The notes beneath the pieces are model-generated. The model made no database searches. It was given only the letters and a program-made list of their open reading frames with translations, and was not told the origin of the DNA. Position numbers and translations under genes: made by a program. From the NCBI GenBank assembly GCA_951406725.2, contig OX597822.1:40114001-40178000 (forward strand): a stretch of DNA of 64,000 bases. Direction: 5' to 3'. Positions 26,631 to 40,795 of the stretch are shown one piece after another. This stretch comes from Octopus vulgaris (Eukaryota). The first letter of the stretch is position 1; every line of letters begins with the position of its first letter.

Positions 26631-29600
26631 CTAGATATAGATAGATATATGTGTATATATAAGCGCCCATACCCACACTCTTTCCTTCCTTTCTTCGCCT
26701 CTCTACCCCATCTAGCTATCTTTCTCCAATATACAGTTACATGTGCATGTATATACACATGTCTATGTTTATATCACACACTTACCTGGACGTAGATTTT
26801 AAAAAAAGGGTGTGGACATACGCTTACGTTTGTTTGTATGTATGTATACACATACTCATACAATAATACTTATTGACACATATCTATCCACACACACACA
26901 CACACACACACACACGCCTTTCAATTTATGTGCCCTCACTGGTTGCCCACCAACCTATTTATCAATAAATACACATACGAACGGAGACACAGACACGTGC
27001 CAGTGTGTATAAAGTTGAACGTGTCCTGTATATGTACACACGTGTATATTCACATAACCATAGGTGAGCACGTGTGCGTTAGTATGGACAAGTACAGGTG
27101 AAATTCCCTGGATAATTGTACATACATATGCTCATGTATGCACAATGGCTCACCGTAATAGTATTATTGCTATTTTAGATTATCAGTAAATCTCTACATA
27201 GCGCCTTGAGAAATGTCACAAACTCGCCGCGCCACTCTAATTTATGGTTTCAATCCGCAAGAGTCTGAAAACTGAAACCCAGCGTGTGTTATTAAGTATA
27301 TTTAACTATATACACACGACATAACTCGTACTTAACATATTCGACACGATCTTTTTATGATTTCTAATAATGCTTACGCTAATTGAATCGTTAACGTTTC
27401 GGATATTTGTCCTTCTTCATAGAGAATCTATTGAAGTGTTATCACTTTGGTCACAAGATTGCGAAATGAATCTAGAGCGATATTTAAATAAGAGCAGTTG
27501 TCAGTAGCAGTAGTAGTGGTGGCATGTGTAGTAGAAGTGGTGGTGGATAGTAGTAGTAGTTGGTGTTTTTTCGTCTCGGCTAAGCCCAGCTGGAGCAAAT
27601 TCGCGAAACAGTTCACTGTAAACAACATGACAGATACGGCAAAATAAATAATTGTCGGGATTTCAACTAGTTGAGGAACCGCCTCTTTTGTTTAACCCTA
27701 GGTCATCTCTGAAGGTATGGGGCAATGGTCAAAAATATTCCAGCCATGACTATATAGTCTTTCCTCTGACATACTATATTTATAAGACTAACCATATTAT
27801 GCAAAGCTTCATTGGTAGGTGTTTTAAAGAAACATTTGGCTATTATATCTAGCACGCCGCATCCCCACGTATAGGCTGCTCATTGATTCACTTGCACTCC
27901 TTATTTTGAAAAATGTTTGAAAGGTGAAGCGGTGAGCTATTTAGCTGTTAACTATTACATATAGCAAATCGATCGAGTAATTAGAAGTTCATTCGCTGGT
28001 TCACATTATCCATATTGTAAAGAAGAGAGAAGAGAAATGCGACAGCTACAATTGAGTAAGATTACTCTTTTTATAGTCGTTATCACTGTCATATGACTAC
28101 ATACAAGGCCCCTGTATTGCTTCAGCTGACTCTATAACTCAATAGAGACTTGATACAAGAATATTAACTGTTAAAATGATAGTTAGCAACCATGAAACAA
28201 CTCCTGCCTTTCTTTGGCTACTCTGGACTACAATGATTTGAATCAGGGACGCGATGGTTGCATAAAACTCAGTCTTGATATTACAACTTCATAGATCTGC
28301 CCACCATGGGTCATATAATCTCTAGGATGTTGTTGCTTAGCTCCATTCCATCTGTGGCCTTCCAGATATAGTGTACATAATACTACATTAGCGAATGTTT
28401 TTTTTTTAAGGCATTGGCCTGAGGGAAATTTATCATCTTCTAGCAGATCGAGCGACCACATTCAGTCTCTTTTATTTGGTTCTGAGCTAAAAGTTGGCGA
28501 CGATGCCTGAAAGATTAGGCAGTTATAGTTTGTGGTTTAGCCTTGAGATGCTACAACACTTTTAGAACTGGAGGGAGGGGGAGGGGGTTATTTTCAGGTT
28601 TGAGAACCCCTCAAGAACAAAGCAGCTATATGATTCCAAGATAAACGAATTAAATCCTCCAAGGCGTTAACATCCGACATAAGGGTTTATAGGACTTCGT
28701 TGTCAGGAGTTGCGTTTAAAATTTTTTTTGATGCTAGGAATTGCTATTTTGTCCTCAGACGCGAGAATTCTTCAATTCTTCATATGTGTTCTTTGTTTTA
28801 AACAAAGGATTTTATATTTTGTTATATACAAAGACAAACTTTATTTTTGCGAACAACTAGAGAAATAAATGAAAAACAAGACAAGTAACATAAAGAACGA
28901 CCCTTCATCAGTTGTCGGCTGCTTATCTACTCCACATTTCGAGCAATTCGCAACAATATGTGCCTTCGAGAAAACAGTTGCACACACACACACTCACACA
29001 CACACACATACATGCATACACACACGGGCACAAGCATACTAACTCAGTCACACGCTCTACTCGGTGGTTATTTGATTCGCTAGAAATAGCACCCAAATCA
29101 CCTTCAAAAACCATTGTCTTAAAAACGCCTAAGTAGTCCTAGATTCACTATGACTCTCGCTCAGAGAAAAAAGAAAGAAAAAAAAACTGAAAATGACTGA
29201 AATATCTTTGATCATGAGGCTGCTGGAATAGTTTTTTGATCCAGCAGATCTATGACTAACGACGTCTCTGTCGTGACCATCCCATCTAATATCCAGGTAT
29301 AATGTATCTAAAGTTATATTATGTATTTATTGAAGACGGTCTCATGGGGTTTGAATGATGTTTAACAACTATTACCGGACGATCCATAGCGGATCCATCG
29401 TTCACTTGTCACATTAGATAGTTAGCAGCAGCAGTGATAGCAGTTACTATATCTTTAATCGTTTGTTGTTCAGTCCCAAAACCTTCCTTATTCAAGTAGA
29501 CCGATTATCAAACATTCCAAGCGTGACCCTTCCATTTTTATTCAGACAGTGAATGTAGAACTAGGTTATCCAGTGATATCGTTTTCAAAAAGATTGTAGA

Positions 29601-31186
29601 GCGTGATCTGAGGAAGATTTGGTTACTATTTCTAGTAACACCCTCAGCTTCTGTGTAACTCCTTAGAGTCCGTTATATATTTCATGGTCAATAAAATAAC
29701 AACCAGTTATCTATTGGGGTCAGTTTCGCAAACTCCTTATAAACGCTTGCATGTTTTACATTCTGAGTTCAAATCTAGTTGACGCGAACTTTATTTTCCT
29801 TCTTTTCGAGGTCAATAAAATAAAGTACTATTCAAGTACTGAGGTCAGTATGATTCACTGGCCCTCTTCCAATGTAGTATAAGTTCGCTTTATATTATAC
29901 CCCTAGACCCAGAATTAAGTACTGCTTTGTTTAATACTCAAGAGAAACCATTACATACATTACTCCACTTACTCATCCGTGCAACAGCCACGCGTATTCT
30001 TTTAGCTATGATGTAATGGGTATGTGTTATACACCCTGTTTCTGGATCACTCTTTATGCTGTACTATTTCTTATACTCACCATCTTGGGATCAAACTACT
30101 AGCATTGACCTATAGGCCATAATATCGATCTGAATCTATAAGCTATAGACTTCATTTCTGGATCTAAGTTTTTTTATTGTGACGGTATTTAAGATTACAG
30201 AAGACAGGCAGAATTGTTAAAACTTAGTAAAAAGTTAACATACATGTGTACATATACGAATAAACGTATACAGTATACATTCTTTTCTACTATAGCCACA
30301 AGTCTGAAATAAATTTTAGGGGACAGGGGATAGTCGATTATACCGGTCCTGTGCTCACTGGGACTAGAAACAATAAAAGCAAAGTTGAATTCGGTGAAAT
30401 TTGAACTCAGCTTGTAAAACCCGATGGAAAACCGCTAGGCATTTTGTCCGGCTTCCTAACAACTCTGTCAATTCACCGCCTTATATATTTATAATATATA
30501 ATATAATGCTATATAATGTGTGCATGTATGTACTTTGTCAATGTTACTAGTGTTTTTTTCTTTTTCCTGTCCACAAAACCATATATATATATATATATAT
30601 ATAACACAAAGTATCTATGTCTGTCCAAACGACAAAACCATAATCACCATAACCACCATCACATATTTTCTCTGGTTATCGCCTTTGTTAGAGACTGTAT
30701 CGAAAACCTCCTCTCCTCAGCTGCAACCATTCTTGCGCACTTGTTGCTAGTATTATTTAGCACAGGCGGCTTTGAATGAGCAGATGTATCATAAAATTTG
30801 TTCCAACCGTGACTATCCCGTCATTTTGTTTTAGATATAGTAAATCCCCGAACTACACTATCCAAGATGACGTTCGTTTATTTAATTTTTTTCATTAAGA
30901 AGTGGGGTGCAATTGGGAAACTTGACTGCTGTTTCTTGCAAGTCTAGCCGCCACATAGCGGCATCCTCATTGGCCCGTGCTACCTACTTTCTTATTCTGT
31001 TGACGTCAACTTAGAGGACATCAGGTTTAACATATGTTTGCTCAGTGAGAGAGGACTTGCCATGGGTACCCTAACTCTGTTCATTTGACAAACTGTTCTA
31101 TAAAACAAAGATTTCTGATACAAATATGAAGCCACACATCTGAAGGTAGAGGGATCACTCATTTAAAGAGATCCCAATATTTAATA

Positions 31187-31400
31187 AGGTCGTGAGCTGG
31201 GCGAATCGTTAGCACAACGGGCAAAATGCTCAGCGGCATTTCGTCCGTCTTTACGTTCTGAGTTCAAAATCCGCCGAGGTCGACTTTGCCTTTCATCCTC
31301 TTTGGGGCCGATAAATATAAGTACCTGTTGGGCATTGGGATCGATATAATCGACTTACCTCCTCCCCAGAAATTGCTGGCCTTGTGCTAAAATTTAAAAT
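31187..31400 (+). mobile_element. SINE family B (second tail type)
   Basis: Head and Meta-like block, tail CCTCCCCAGAAATTGCTGGCCTTGTG. Confidence 0.85.
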
Positions 31401-32494
31401 CAATATTTGGCATGTAGCCTTTATTTAACCAACTCACGAAAGCTGAAGGGTTAATTTCGCCTCAGCTATATTTAGTCCCTTTTCGTCCTTTGTACATTCA
31501 CGTCGGGGACGGCGACAGATGTATCACAATCCAACCCTCCAATCATAGAATCAATATGTGATGTTGTGCCATCATAATACCTTTCAACTGGGGCCAGTAC
31601 CCCTCACAAGAATGTGGTCGGTGGCAGGGGGTTTGCTCTCCTTAATCTCTTAAAGCTTAAGCAATACTAAAGAAAGTTGTTCGGAATGAAAAATAACATT
31701 TATGATTTAGACACAAGGCCAAAATTTCGAAGGAAAGGGACTACTAGATATCATCGACCCCAGTGCATGACTGGTACTTCAATTTATCGACCCCGGAGGA
31801 ATGAAAAAACAAAGTTAACCTTGGTGGGATTTGAACTTAAAATGTAAAGTGAAGGAAGAAATATTTCATAGCTTTTGTCTGAGGCTCGGCAGTCTTTTTG
31901 GTTGAAGAAACCCGGGGGACAATAACAGTTGATTAAATCACCCCCAACCACCAGTATATGACTGGCTCTTTATCTTATCGACCTCACTTTGGATGGATTC
32001 GAATTCACAGCCGAAACTAATTAATAAAAAATAGTTTAAAAATAAAACTGTTTTTATAATTAATTACCACGATTGAAATCATGTGACTGTTGTATTAAAG
32101 TATTCATGTTTATATTTGTATTAATTAGTGCATACTAATAAGAAAACAGATTAATAAAATAGTGGAAAGAAAGGAGGAGGAGGAGAATGATGTTGAGGAG
32201 GAGAGAGAAGAGGCGATGTCAGCTGACGCAAAATTTCTCGAGTTCTACGGAAATTTCATTTTAAACTGTTGCTTTCCTCCCTCCCTCCCTATTTTTCTCT
32301 CTCTTTCTATATCTTTCTTATTATTCTCCTACCCCTTCTCTTCCTATATCCCCTCCTTCACCGTTCCCCCCTGTATACATACACACGCATACATACATTC
32401 CCCTCCTACTCTCTTTTACTGTTTTGTCTGTAATTTCTTTTCCCGCCTTATTCTTCTTTTTCTCCCACTACCGTACTTTGTTTCAGTTACATTC

Positions 32495-32702
32495 GCGCGC
32501 ACGCACGCACACATGCATACACATACATGCACACACATACATGCGCACACACACACATACATGCGCACACACACAGATACATGCACACACACACACATAT
32601 ACATGCACACACACATACATGCACACACACATACATGCACACACACATACATGCACACACACATACATGCACACACACATACATGCACACACACACACAC
32701 AT

Positions 32703-32763
<61 letters not shown>

Positions 32764-33097
32764 CACACACACACACACACACATGCACACGCACACACAC
32801 ACATGCACGCACACACACACATGCACGCACACACACATGCACACACACACATACATGCACACACACACACACATGCAAGCACACACACATACATGCACAC
32901 ACACACACATGCACACACACACACACACATACATGCACACACACACACACACACATACATGCACACACACACACATACATGCACACACACACACACACAC
33001 ACATGCACACACACACACATACATGCACACACACACACACATACATGTACACACACACATACATGCACACATACACACACATACATACACACACACA
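32495..33097. repeat. (CA)n/CATACATG compound microsatellite
   Basis: Direct inspection. Confidence 0.95.
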
Positions 33098-33410
33098 GTG
33101 GCACTCCGTCGGTTACGACGACGAGGGTTCCAGTTTATCCGATCAACGTAGCAGCCTGTTCACGAAATTAACGTGCAAGTGGCTGAGTGCTCCACAGACA
33201 CGCGTGCCCTTAACGTAGTTTTCAGGGAAATTCAGCATGACACAGAATGTGACGAAGCTGGACCTTTGAAATACAGGTACTACTCATTTGTGCCAGCTGA
33301 CTAGACTGGGGCCACATGAAATAAAGCGTCTTGCTCAAAGACGCCGCCGGAAATCGAACTCACGACCTCACAATCGTGAGCCAAATACTTTAACCACTTG
33401 GCCACGCGTT
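33098..33410 (-). mobile_element. SINE family D, full length
   Basis: tRNA-like head CGCGTGGCCAAGTGGTTAAAG...GAGTTCGATTTCC and tail CCCTCGTCGTCGTAACCGACGGAGTGCCA; relative at about 41926-42205 (+). Confidence 0.85.
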
Positions 33411-35094
33411 TTCACTCACACACAAGTGCACACGCGCTCGCTCACTCACTCATTCACTCTCTTTTTATCTCTTAATGCCGCTCCTTTCGCCTCTCTCTTC
33501 ATTCCTTCTTCACTCAGCAACTCTCTCTCTCCATTCTCTCTTCCCTATGTCTTTCTACTACTACTATTCCTTCCCTCCCACCCCTTTAATTACTCTCTCT
33601 CTCTCTCTCTCTCCCTACCACTACATACTTACTCCTCTTTCTCGCGCCTTTTCATTTCTAAGAAACCCGCAATACCTATGTGGCGCTGTAGTCAATGATA
33701 ATTACCCCACTCCCTGCCCTATTACATCACTGCTATTCTATTTCATCGATTCTACAAAGATGAAATATAAAGTCTAGCTCTCCAGTATTTGTACTTGGAT
33801 CATAAAGCGTTGTGTCCGGCGCTCTACCAATTCTGCCAAATAAATAAATGAATAAATAAATAAATAAAAGGTGTTGTGCTGTAGCTAATTATATAGATCC
33901 AGTGTATAACTGGTACTTATTTTATCACTACCCTAACACCCCGGACAATGAAAGTTGTGTGTGAAAATGCGTGCTTTGTGGTTAAGGTGTTGTACTCATG
34001 ACCACTTGATCATGGTTTCGATTCCCGGATCGAGCGCGTTGTATTCTTGACAAGTTAACTCGTTGAGATTCAAACTCAGAACAAGACCCACTTTTGTCTG
34101 ACGCGCTATCGACAATGCCAATACAATAATCATAATTAATACAATACCTAATCGTTAGAGAAGGGGAGATATTGTCGACTGTATTTAATTACCCATCCCC
34201 GAATATATTACTGGTACCCTTTTTTATTGATACTCGGATGGTTGAAAACAATGGATTGGATATGATTTGAAACCAGATGGTGAAACGATGACTGAATACC
34301 AAGTCTATCATTGAATATGGATTTTAAAAAATGGCGACCAAATATCCTTCAAACCACACCGCTCCGTTTTAGAAAATGGTACGTGATCTTGGCAAATATT
34401 CATGATAACCGCAACTAGAATGTCTTCGGTAATAAGTCTACTCGATATGGGATGATTTGGGGTTAAATAACAGAAACGTGACACCATCGACCCTAGTACA
34501 TAACGACCCCTGAGGGATGAAAGGCGAAGTTGACCTTCAGATTATAAAAGGAAGGGAGAAATACTACAAAGCATTTTGTCTGATGCTTTAACGTTTCTGT
34601 CAGCTTGACACCCGTTTCGCTAACTCTATCAACAACTGGCCAACATAAAAGACTCTAGCACAATTAAACATCAGGCGTTAATGAAATCACTGAAGCATGT
34701 TGAATTCTTGCATTAAATGCAGATGGCTTGGTCCACTAATAACCACTGTAACAGCAGATTAATAGAACAGTAATGAATATTATTAAATATAAAACTATTA
34801 TTACAGAATGTGAACTTATTTCATCGATCCAAGCGAAACCGTTTCTATGTAGTCATTGTGTATGTAAAAATGTTGATTGTTATACTAATGACCAGCAATT
34901 GGTACAGTTCAGTGAACCGTGTTAGTGATACCAAACCCTTCCCGCTTTACAGTCAAATGCTAATTGTAGACATAGGCAACAAGTACTAGTTTCCCGTCCA
35001 TCTTTGTTTGCTTCAGTAATTATGGTTGAGGTTAATAGATGGAATTTTGAGGGCGTTAAAAACAAAGCTGAGAAAATAGTTATAGGTCAATTTT

Positions 35095-35164
<70 letters not shown>

Positions 35165-35274
35165 GAGAGAGGAAATATGTATTGTAGTTAATTCAAACAT
35201 GAATAAAGAGAAAAAACAACGCGAGGGCGTGGAGCAAGTATAGTGTTATTGGACACTCAGGAAAGGAAAGAAAT

Positions 35275-35503
35275 ATCTATCTGTTTATCTGTCTGTCTGT
35301 CTATCTGTGTAGCTATATCTGCCTGTCTGTATGTCTATTTGTGTAGCTATATCTGTCTGTCTGTCTGTGTAGCTATATCTATCTGTCTGTCTGTCTGTCT
35401 AGCTATATCTGTCTGTCTGTCTATCTATCTGTGTAGCTATATCGGTCTGTCTGTCTATCTGTCTATCTATCTGTGTAGCTATATCTGTCTGTCTGTCTAG
35501 CTA

Positions 35504-35578
<75 letters not shown>

Positions 35579-35650
35579 TTATCTATGTATCTCACTATCT
35601 ATCTATTTATCTCTCTATTTATCTATCTATCTATCTATGTCTGTCTGTTC
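35275..35650. repeat. (TCTA)n/(TCTG)n microsatellite
   Basis: Direct inspection. Confidence 0.95.
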
Positions 35651-36919
35651 ATTTTAGGTCACCACCGTATAATTATTTGTAAGTTGATAGCTACAAACCT
35701 AAATAACAATTAATCCCGCCGAAGTATAATGCCAATTAAATTAGGTCCCTCATATTTAATGTTGTGAAGGGAAATTGCTAATTAATTAATAGTATATGTG
35801 CTGACGAGAAATATTATTTTAAATCCAATATTACCAAGTATGAGCGATAACTACCGGTGTATTTCAATTTTCCCAGACATCTTCAGCGAAGCATATCCTC
35901 CATAGCTACCAGATTATTATCAAGAACATAATTCTGTTGTACTTTAGCTGTGGGCATGTGATATTATTATTCGCTGAGATCGACTTTACTTTTCGTCCAT
36001 TCCGGGTCGATAAAGTAGGTACTAGTTGGGTACTGGGGTCAATTCAATCGTTTTAGACCCCTCCCCTAAATTTGCTGGCTTTGTGCCAAAATTTGAAACC
36101 GATCCTGTTTTGATGATTGAAGTTAGTAACTCAGGGATGCTATCTGCACAACGGATTTTATTTCTTCACAACATTTTGACGCAAGATTTAATGGAAAGAA
36201 TGTAACACGAAACATGGCTTTTGTAGTCTTGCAAACTGTATGGTAACCTCGCAAGTGTTAGTGCCTATCCAGCCGTGGGAGCCTTGCCAAAGCAGACATT
36301 GGATCACGACGCTGTCATCGGACTTGTCAAACCGTCCAACCCAAGCCAACACGGACGACGATGTTGGTGATGATGATTAAGTATGACAGGCTTAATGTAA
36401 TTGTTATCATTTGTGTTGTCGGCATCCCAGTGCAAAATCCTTCTGTTAGTATTATTAGTAGTTCTTCTATTGACTGAGTCGATACTAGTATACGTATTAT
36501 ACAACTTCCATACATTCACACCACCACCACCACAACAGTAACATGAATGTAGTCTACTGCAGTATTTATTCCCGTTCATCGAGTTCTTAGTTCAAGTCTC
36601 GCTGAGTTTGTCTTGGCTTTTCCGTTCTTCTAAGATCAATAAATTCCCAGTCTTGGACGGAAGACAGGCAAAATCTTTAGAGCATCAGACAAGATATCCT
36701 ATAGAATTTGCTTGATCTCCTTGTGTACTGGATTCAACTCACGCCATGACCTAACTACATAAGGACAGTATTAAAAATAATCCATCGCATGGTTTCACAC
36801 CACAATCTGTTCCTAGAGTATTTTCTAGCAGTGCCGTCTTAAAGCATAGTCACATCAAGCACTTGCCCGGTGGTTCCCACGGGGTTAAAACTATGTATGT
36901 TGCAACAGTCTTCATAAGG

Positions 36920-37321
36920 AAGGCGACGAGCTGGCAGATACGTTAGCACGCCGGGCGAGATGCTTAGCGGTATTTCGCCTGCCGTTACGTTCTGAGTTCA
37001 AATTCTACGAAGGTTGACTTTGCCTTTCATCCTTTCGGGGTCGATTAAATAAGTACCAGTTACGCACTGGGGTCGATATAATCAACTTAATCCGTTTGTC
37101 TGCCCTTGTTTGTCCCCTCTGTGTTTAGCCCCTTGTAGGTAGTAAAGAAATAGGTATTTCGCCTGTCTTTACCTTCTGAGTTTAAATTCCGCCAAGGTCG
37201 ACTTTCTCTTTCTTCCTTTCAGGGTCGATAAATTAAGTACCAGTTGTGTACTGGGGTCGATCTAATCGACAGGCCCCCTCTCCCAAAATTTCGTGCCTTG
37301 TACCTAGAGTAGAAAAAGAAT
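36920..37321 (+). mobile_element. Dimeric SINE family B with a 13-bp target-site duplication
   Basis: AGTCTTCATAAGG at 36907-36919 and 37322-37334; two monomers with different tails. Confidence 0.9.
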
Positions 37322-37941
37322 AGTCTTCATAAGGGCTCCCTGGACACTAATTTTTTCGGGAGCTTAAAGTGTGGTTTAGGCGGTTCGGCAATGTCATAAT
37401 CATTCCGATCAGTTCTCCAGTGAGAGAATAACTCATGTTTTCCTTCGACCTGTATTGAAGGTCCTGAAACATAAACGGCCTGGGGGACTACTCTTCTCTC
37501 TTTAAGGTGATACCCCATCCCATCATAGCTACAACCAAGGTTACATAACAGCAGCTGTAGCACTGTTACCAACACCGTCCCACCACAAAACTAACAGTTT
37601 TCAAAAGAAACCACTGTATAGAACTTCTGCATCATCACCATCATCAACACGAACTTGCATCTCTATATCACCAGGAAGATAGAACTTGTAAGGATACTCA
37701 CACATCGCCATCTTTACTGTAACATTTGCATCACCACTACGACTGTCACCACTACCAATATATATATATATATATATATATAGTGGCTGTGTGGTAAGTA
37801 GCTTGCTTACCAACCACATGGTTCCGGGTTCAGTCCCACTGCGTGGCACGTTGGACAAGTGTCTACTACTATAGCCTCGGATTGACCAAAGCCTTGTGAG
37901 TGGATTTGGTAGACGAAAACTGAAAGAAGCCCGTCATGTGT

Positions 37942-37993
<52 letters not shown>

Positions 37994-38211
37994 ATGGTTT
38001 GCAACACCATAACCACGCGCCTTCGCAATCATAAAAATCTTCACTACCACCGTCACCATATCCAGAACCATTGCTACAACAACATCCAACGCCACCTCCA
38101 CCACCATCATCATTACCACCACCACTACTACGCCACAAACTTTAGTATCATGATCCCCGCCAACCAATCCACAATGGAAATAGCAGTTAAAGCAGCACCG
38201 CTGGTACTGTA

Positions 38212-38243
<32 letters not shown>

Positions 38244-38504
38244 TACCATCGTGCAACGGCAACAGCAGCAGTAGATCAAAGAGTGTGATGCTGAGAAGCA
38301 GTTTCAAATCCCACCAGCTGACTACTCATCTGTCATCAATTGTCTTTATTTACTCTATTGATCTCTCTGGGTGGCAGAATAACAACACACACACACACAC
38401 ACACCACGCTCTCTTTCCCCCCTCTCTCTTTCTTCTATGTATGTGTGGAAAAAACGAAGAACGAGAGTGAGACAGAAAAGGCAAACATAGAGACTTTTGT
38501 GTGT

Positions 38505-38543
38505 GAGTATATATATATATATATATGTGTGTGCGTATGTGTG

Positions 38544-38582
<39 letters not shown>

Positions 38583-38652
38583 ATACGTATATGTATGTAT
38601 ATATATATATACGTTGTGTGTGTGCATATGTTTGTGTGTGTGCATATATATG

Positions 38653-38687
<35 letters not shown>

Positions 38688-38805
38688 GTTGTGTGTGTGC
38701 ATATGTTTGTATGTGTGCATATATATATATATATATGTGTGCATATGTTTGTATGTGTGCATATATATATATATATATGTGTGTATGTGTGTATACGTAT
38801 ATGTA

Positions 38806-38839
<34 letters not shown>

Positions 38840-38898
38840 CGTACGTTGTGTGTATGCATGTTTGTATGTGTGCATATATATGTGTGCGTGTGTATATG

Positions 38899-38941
<43 letters not shown>

Positions 38942-39090
38942 GTTGTGTGTGCGCATATGTTTGTATGTGTGCATATATATATATATACGTTGCGTGTGTG
39001 TATATATAAATGTGTATGTATGTATATACGTCGTGTGTTTGTGTATAAATATATGTATGCGCGTGTGTATGTATATATATATATATATAT
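38505..39090. repeat. (TA)/(TG) compound microsatellite
   Basis: Direct inspection. Confidence 0.95.
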
Positions 39091-39697
39091 AATAGGTTTC
39101 TAGCTGGCGTATGTGTTCGCGTGCGTACGTCTTCGTTTTCTCCCCCACCACACTCCATTTAATTACTCAATGCAATTTCTATTGCACCAGTTACAAAAGA
39201 AAGAGCCCCATCTGTGACACACAAAAAAAACATAATTAATGGCAGCAGCAGCAGCGGCAGCAACGAGTCTAGTTATGGCTGTATGATTAAAGAGTTTAGT
39301 TCGCAACCAAACGATACCAAGTTTAATCGCTGTTGCGGGCAATCTTGTTTTCAATGTCTTCATCCATAGCCATGACTTTGATTAATATCTTGCGAAAGAT
39401 ACTTTGTTCAAGGAAAGAGCAACGAAACTTGTTTTAGTATAACAAGATAGATCTTATGGTTGGCCAGAGATGCATAAATAATGATGTTCCAGGAACCGTA
39501 GGAGATATATATGGCTTGTTGCTGCTTTGTGTAATGGTCAGTTGGGTAAGCTTGGCAAAGTGATTTGATGCTGGAAGATTCGAAGTCTACGACTCTTGGA
39601 GCATCATTGTTAGGCATTTCTGGCCATCCATAAGATGTATCTTATTATATAAAAACAATGCGCTTCGGTACTGTTTCGCTGAACAAAGTATCTTTTC

Positions 39698-39840
39698 AGT
39701 GGCCGTGTGGTAAATAGCTTGCTTACCAACTACATGGTTCCGGCTTCAGTCCTATCTGCGTGGTATCTTCTACTATAGCCTCGGACCGACCAAAGCCTTG
39801 TGGGTGGATTTGGTAGACGGAAACTGAAAAGAAGCCCATC

Positions 39841-39884
<44 letters not shown>

Positions 39885-40094
39885 ATATATGTTTGTGTGT
39901 CTGTGTTTGCCCCCCCCCCACCACCAAACATCGTTTGACAGCCGATGCTGGTGTGTTTACGTCACTTAGCGGTTCGGCAAGACAGACTGATAGAATAAGT
40001 ACTAGGCTTACAAAGAATAAGTCCTGGGGTCGATTTGCTCGGCCAAAGGCGATGCTCCAGCATGGCTGCAGTCAAATGACTAAAACAAATAAAA

Positions 40095-40098
<4 letters not shown>
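39698..40098 (+). mobile_element. SINE family A
   Basis: Head, microsatellite and tail present. Confidence 0.9.
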
Positions 40099-40149
<51 letters not shown>

Positions 40150-40367
40150 GTGTGTAAAAAGGTTGAATTAGATTCGTCTGTTAATTTGGAGGTTTCTAAT
40201 ATAGATTCTTCATATTTTGCTGGTAGCTTACTGGCGTAAAATTGCGAATATGAAAATAAATCTTGTATGTGATGTGTTGTGAATTTATGGAAAGAAATCT
40301 CATAAGACTCAGCCATTTTGATAAAAATGGAGAAGAGAAAGCGTTAAACTTTATAAGAAAATTTTAA

Positions 40368-40493
40368 TTCATGCTGACGGTCGTTTCGTACAGTGATATA
40401 AAAATAATGCAAATTCATGGCTGATTATAATTAATTAATTAGATTACATTAAATTAAATTAATTTTATATCACTGTACTCTTCTGTGCAAGAA
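40368..40493 (-). ncRNA. Type I hammerhead ribozyme-like motif with extended stem II (core mutated)
   Basis: UUCUUGCA-CAGAAGA-GUACAGUGAUAUAAAA...UUUUAUAUCACUGUAC-GAAAC-GACC-GUC-AGCAUGAA. Confidence 0.65.
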
Positions 40494-40674
40494 GTATAAA
40501 AAAAATGTTATAAAGGATTTGAGAAAGGGAATAGCGGAACAAAATCTAAGAGATGCATATTTATCCTTATCATAAAGATAGATATGCATGAATCCAGTTA
40601 GACATTAACTAAAACTTTTAGATTCTATTCTGCTTTTTCCTTTCTCAAGTCCTTTATAAAAATTTTGTTTATAC

Positions 40675-40795
40675 TTCATGCACTGAAGAGTGATATATAA
40701 TTAAATTAATTTAACTTAATTAATTTAACTAATTCTATTCAACCATAAATTTTCATTATCGTTATATCGCTGTTCGAAACGATCGTTTGCATGAA
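40675..40795 (+). ncRNA. Type I hammerhead ribozyme-like motif (5-nt deletion in stem II)
   Basis: UUCAUGCA-CUGAAGA-GUGAUAUA...UAUAUCGCUGUUC-GAAAC-GAUC-GUU-UGCAUGAA; perfect 8-bp stem I. Confidence 0.65.
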
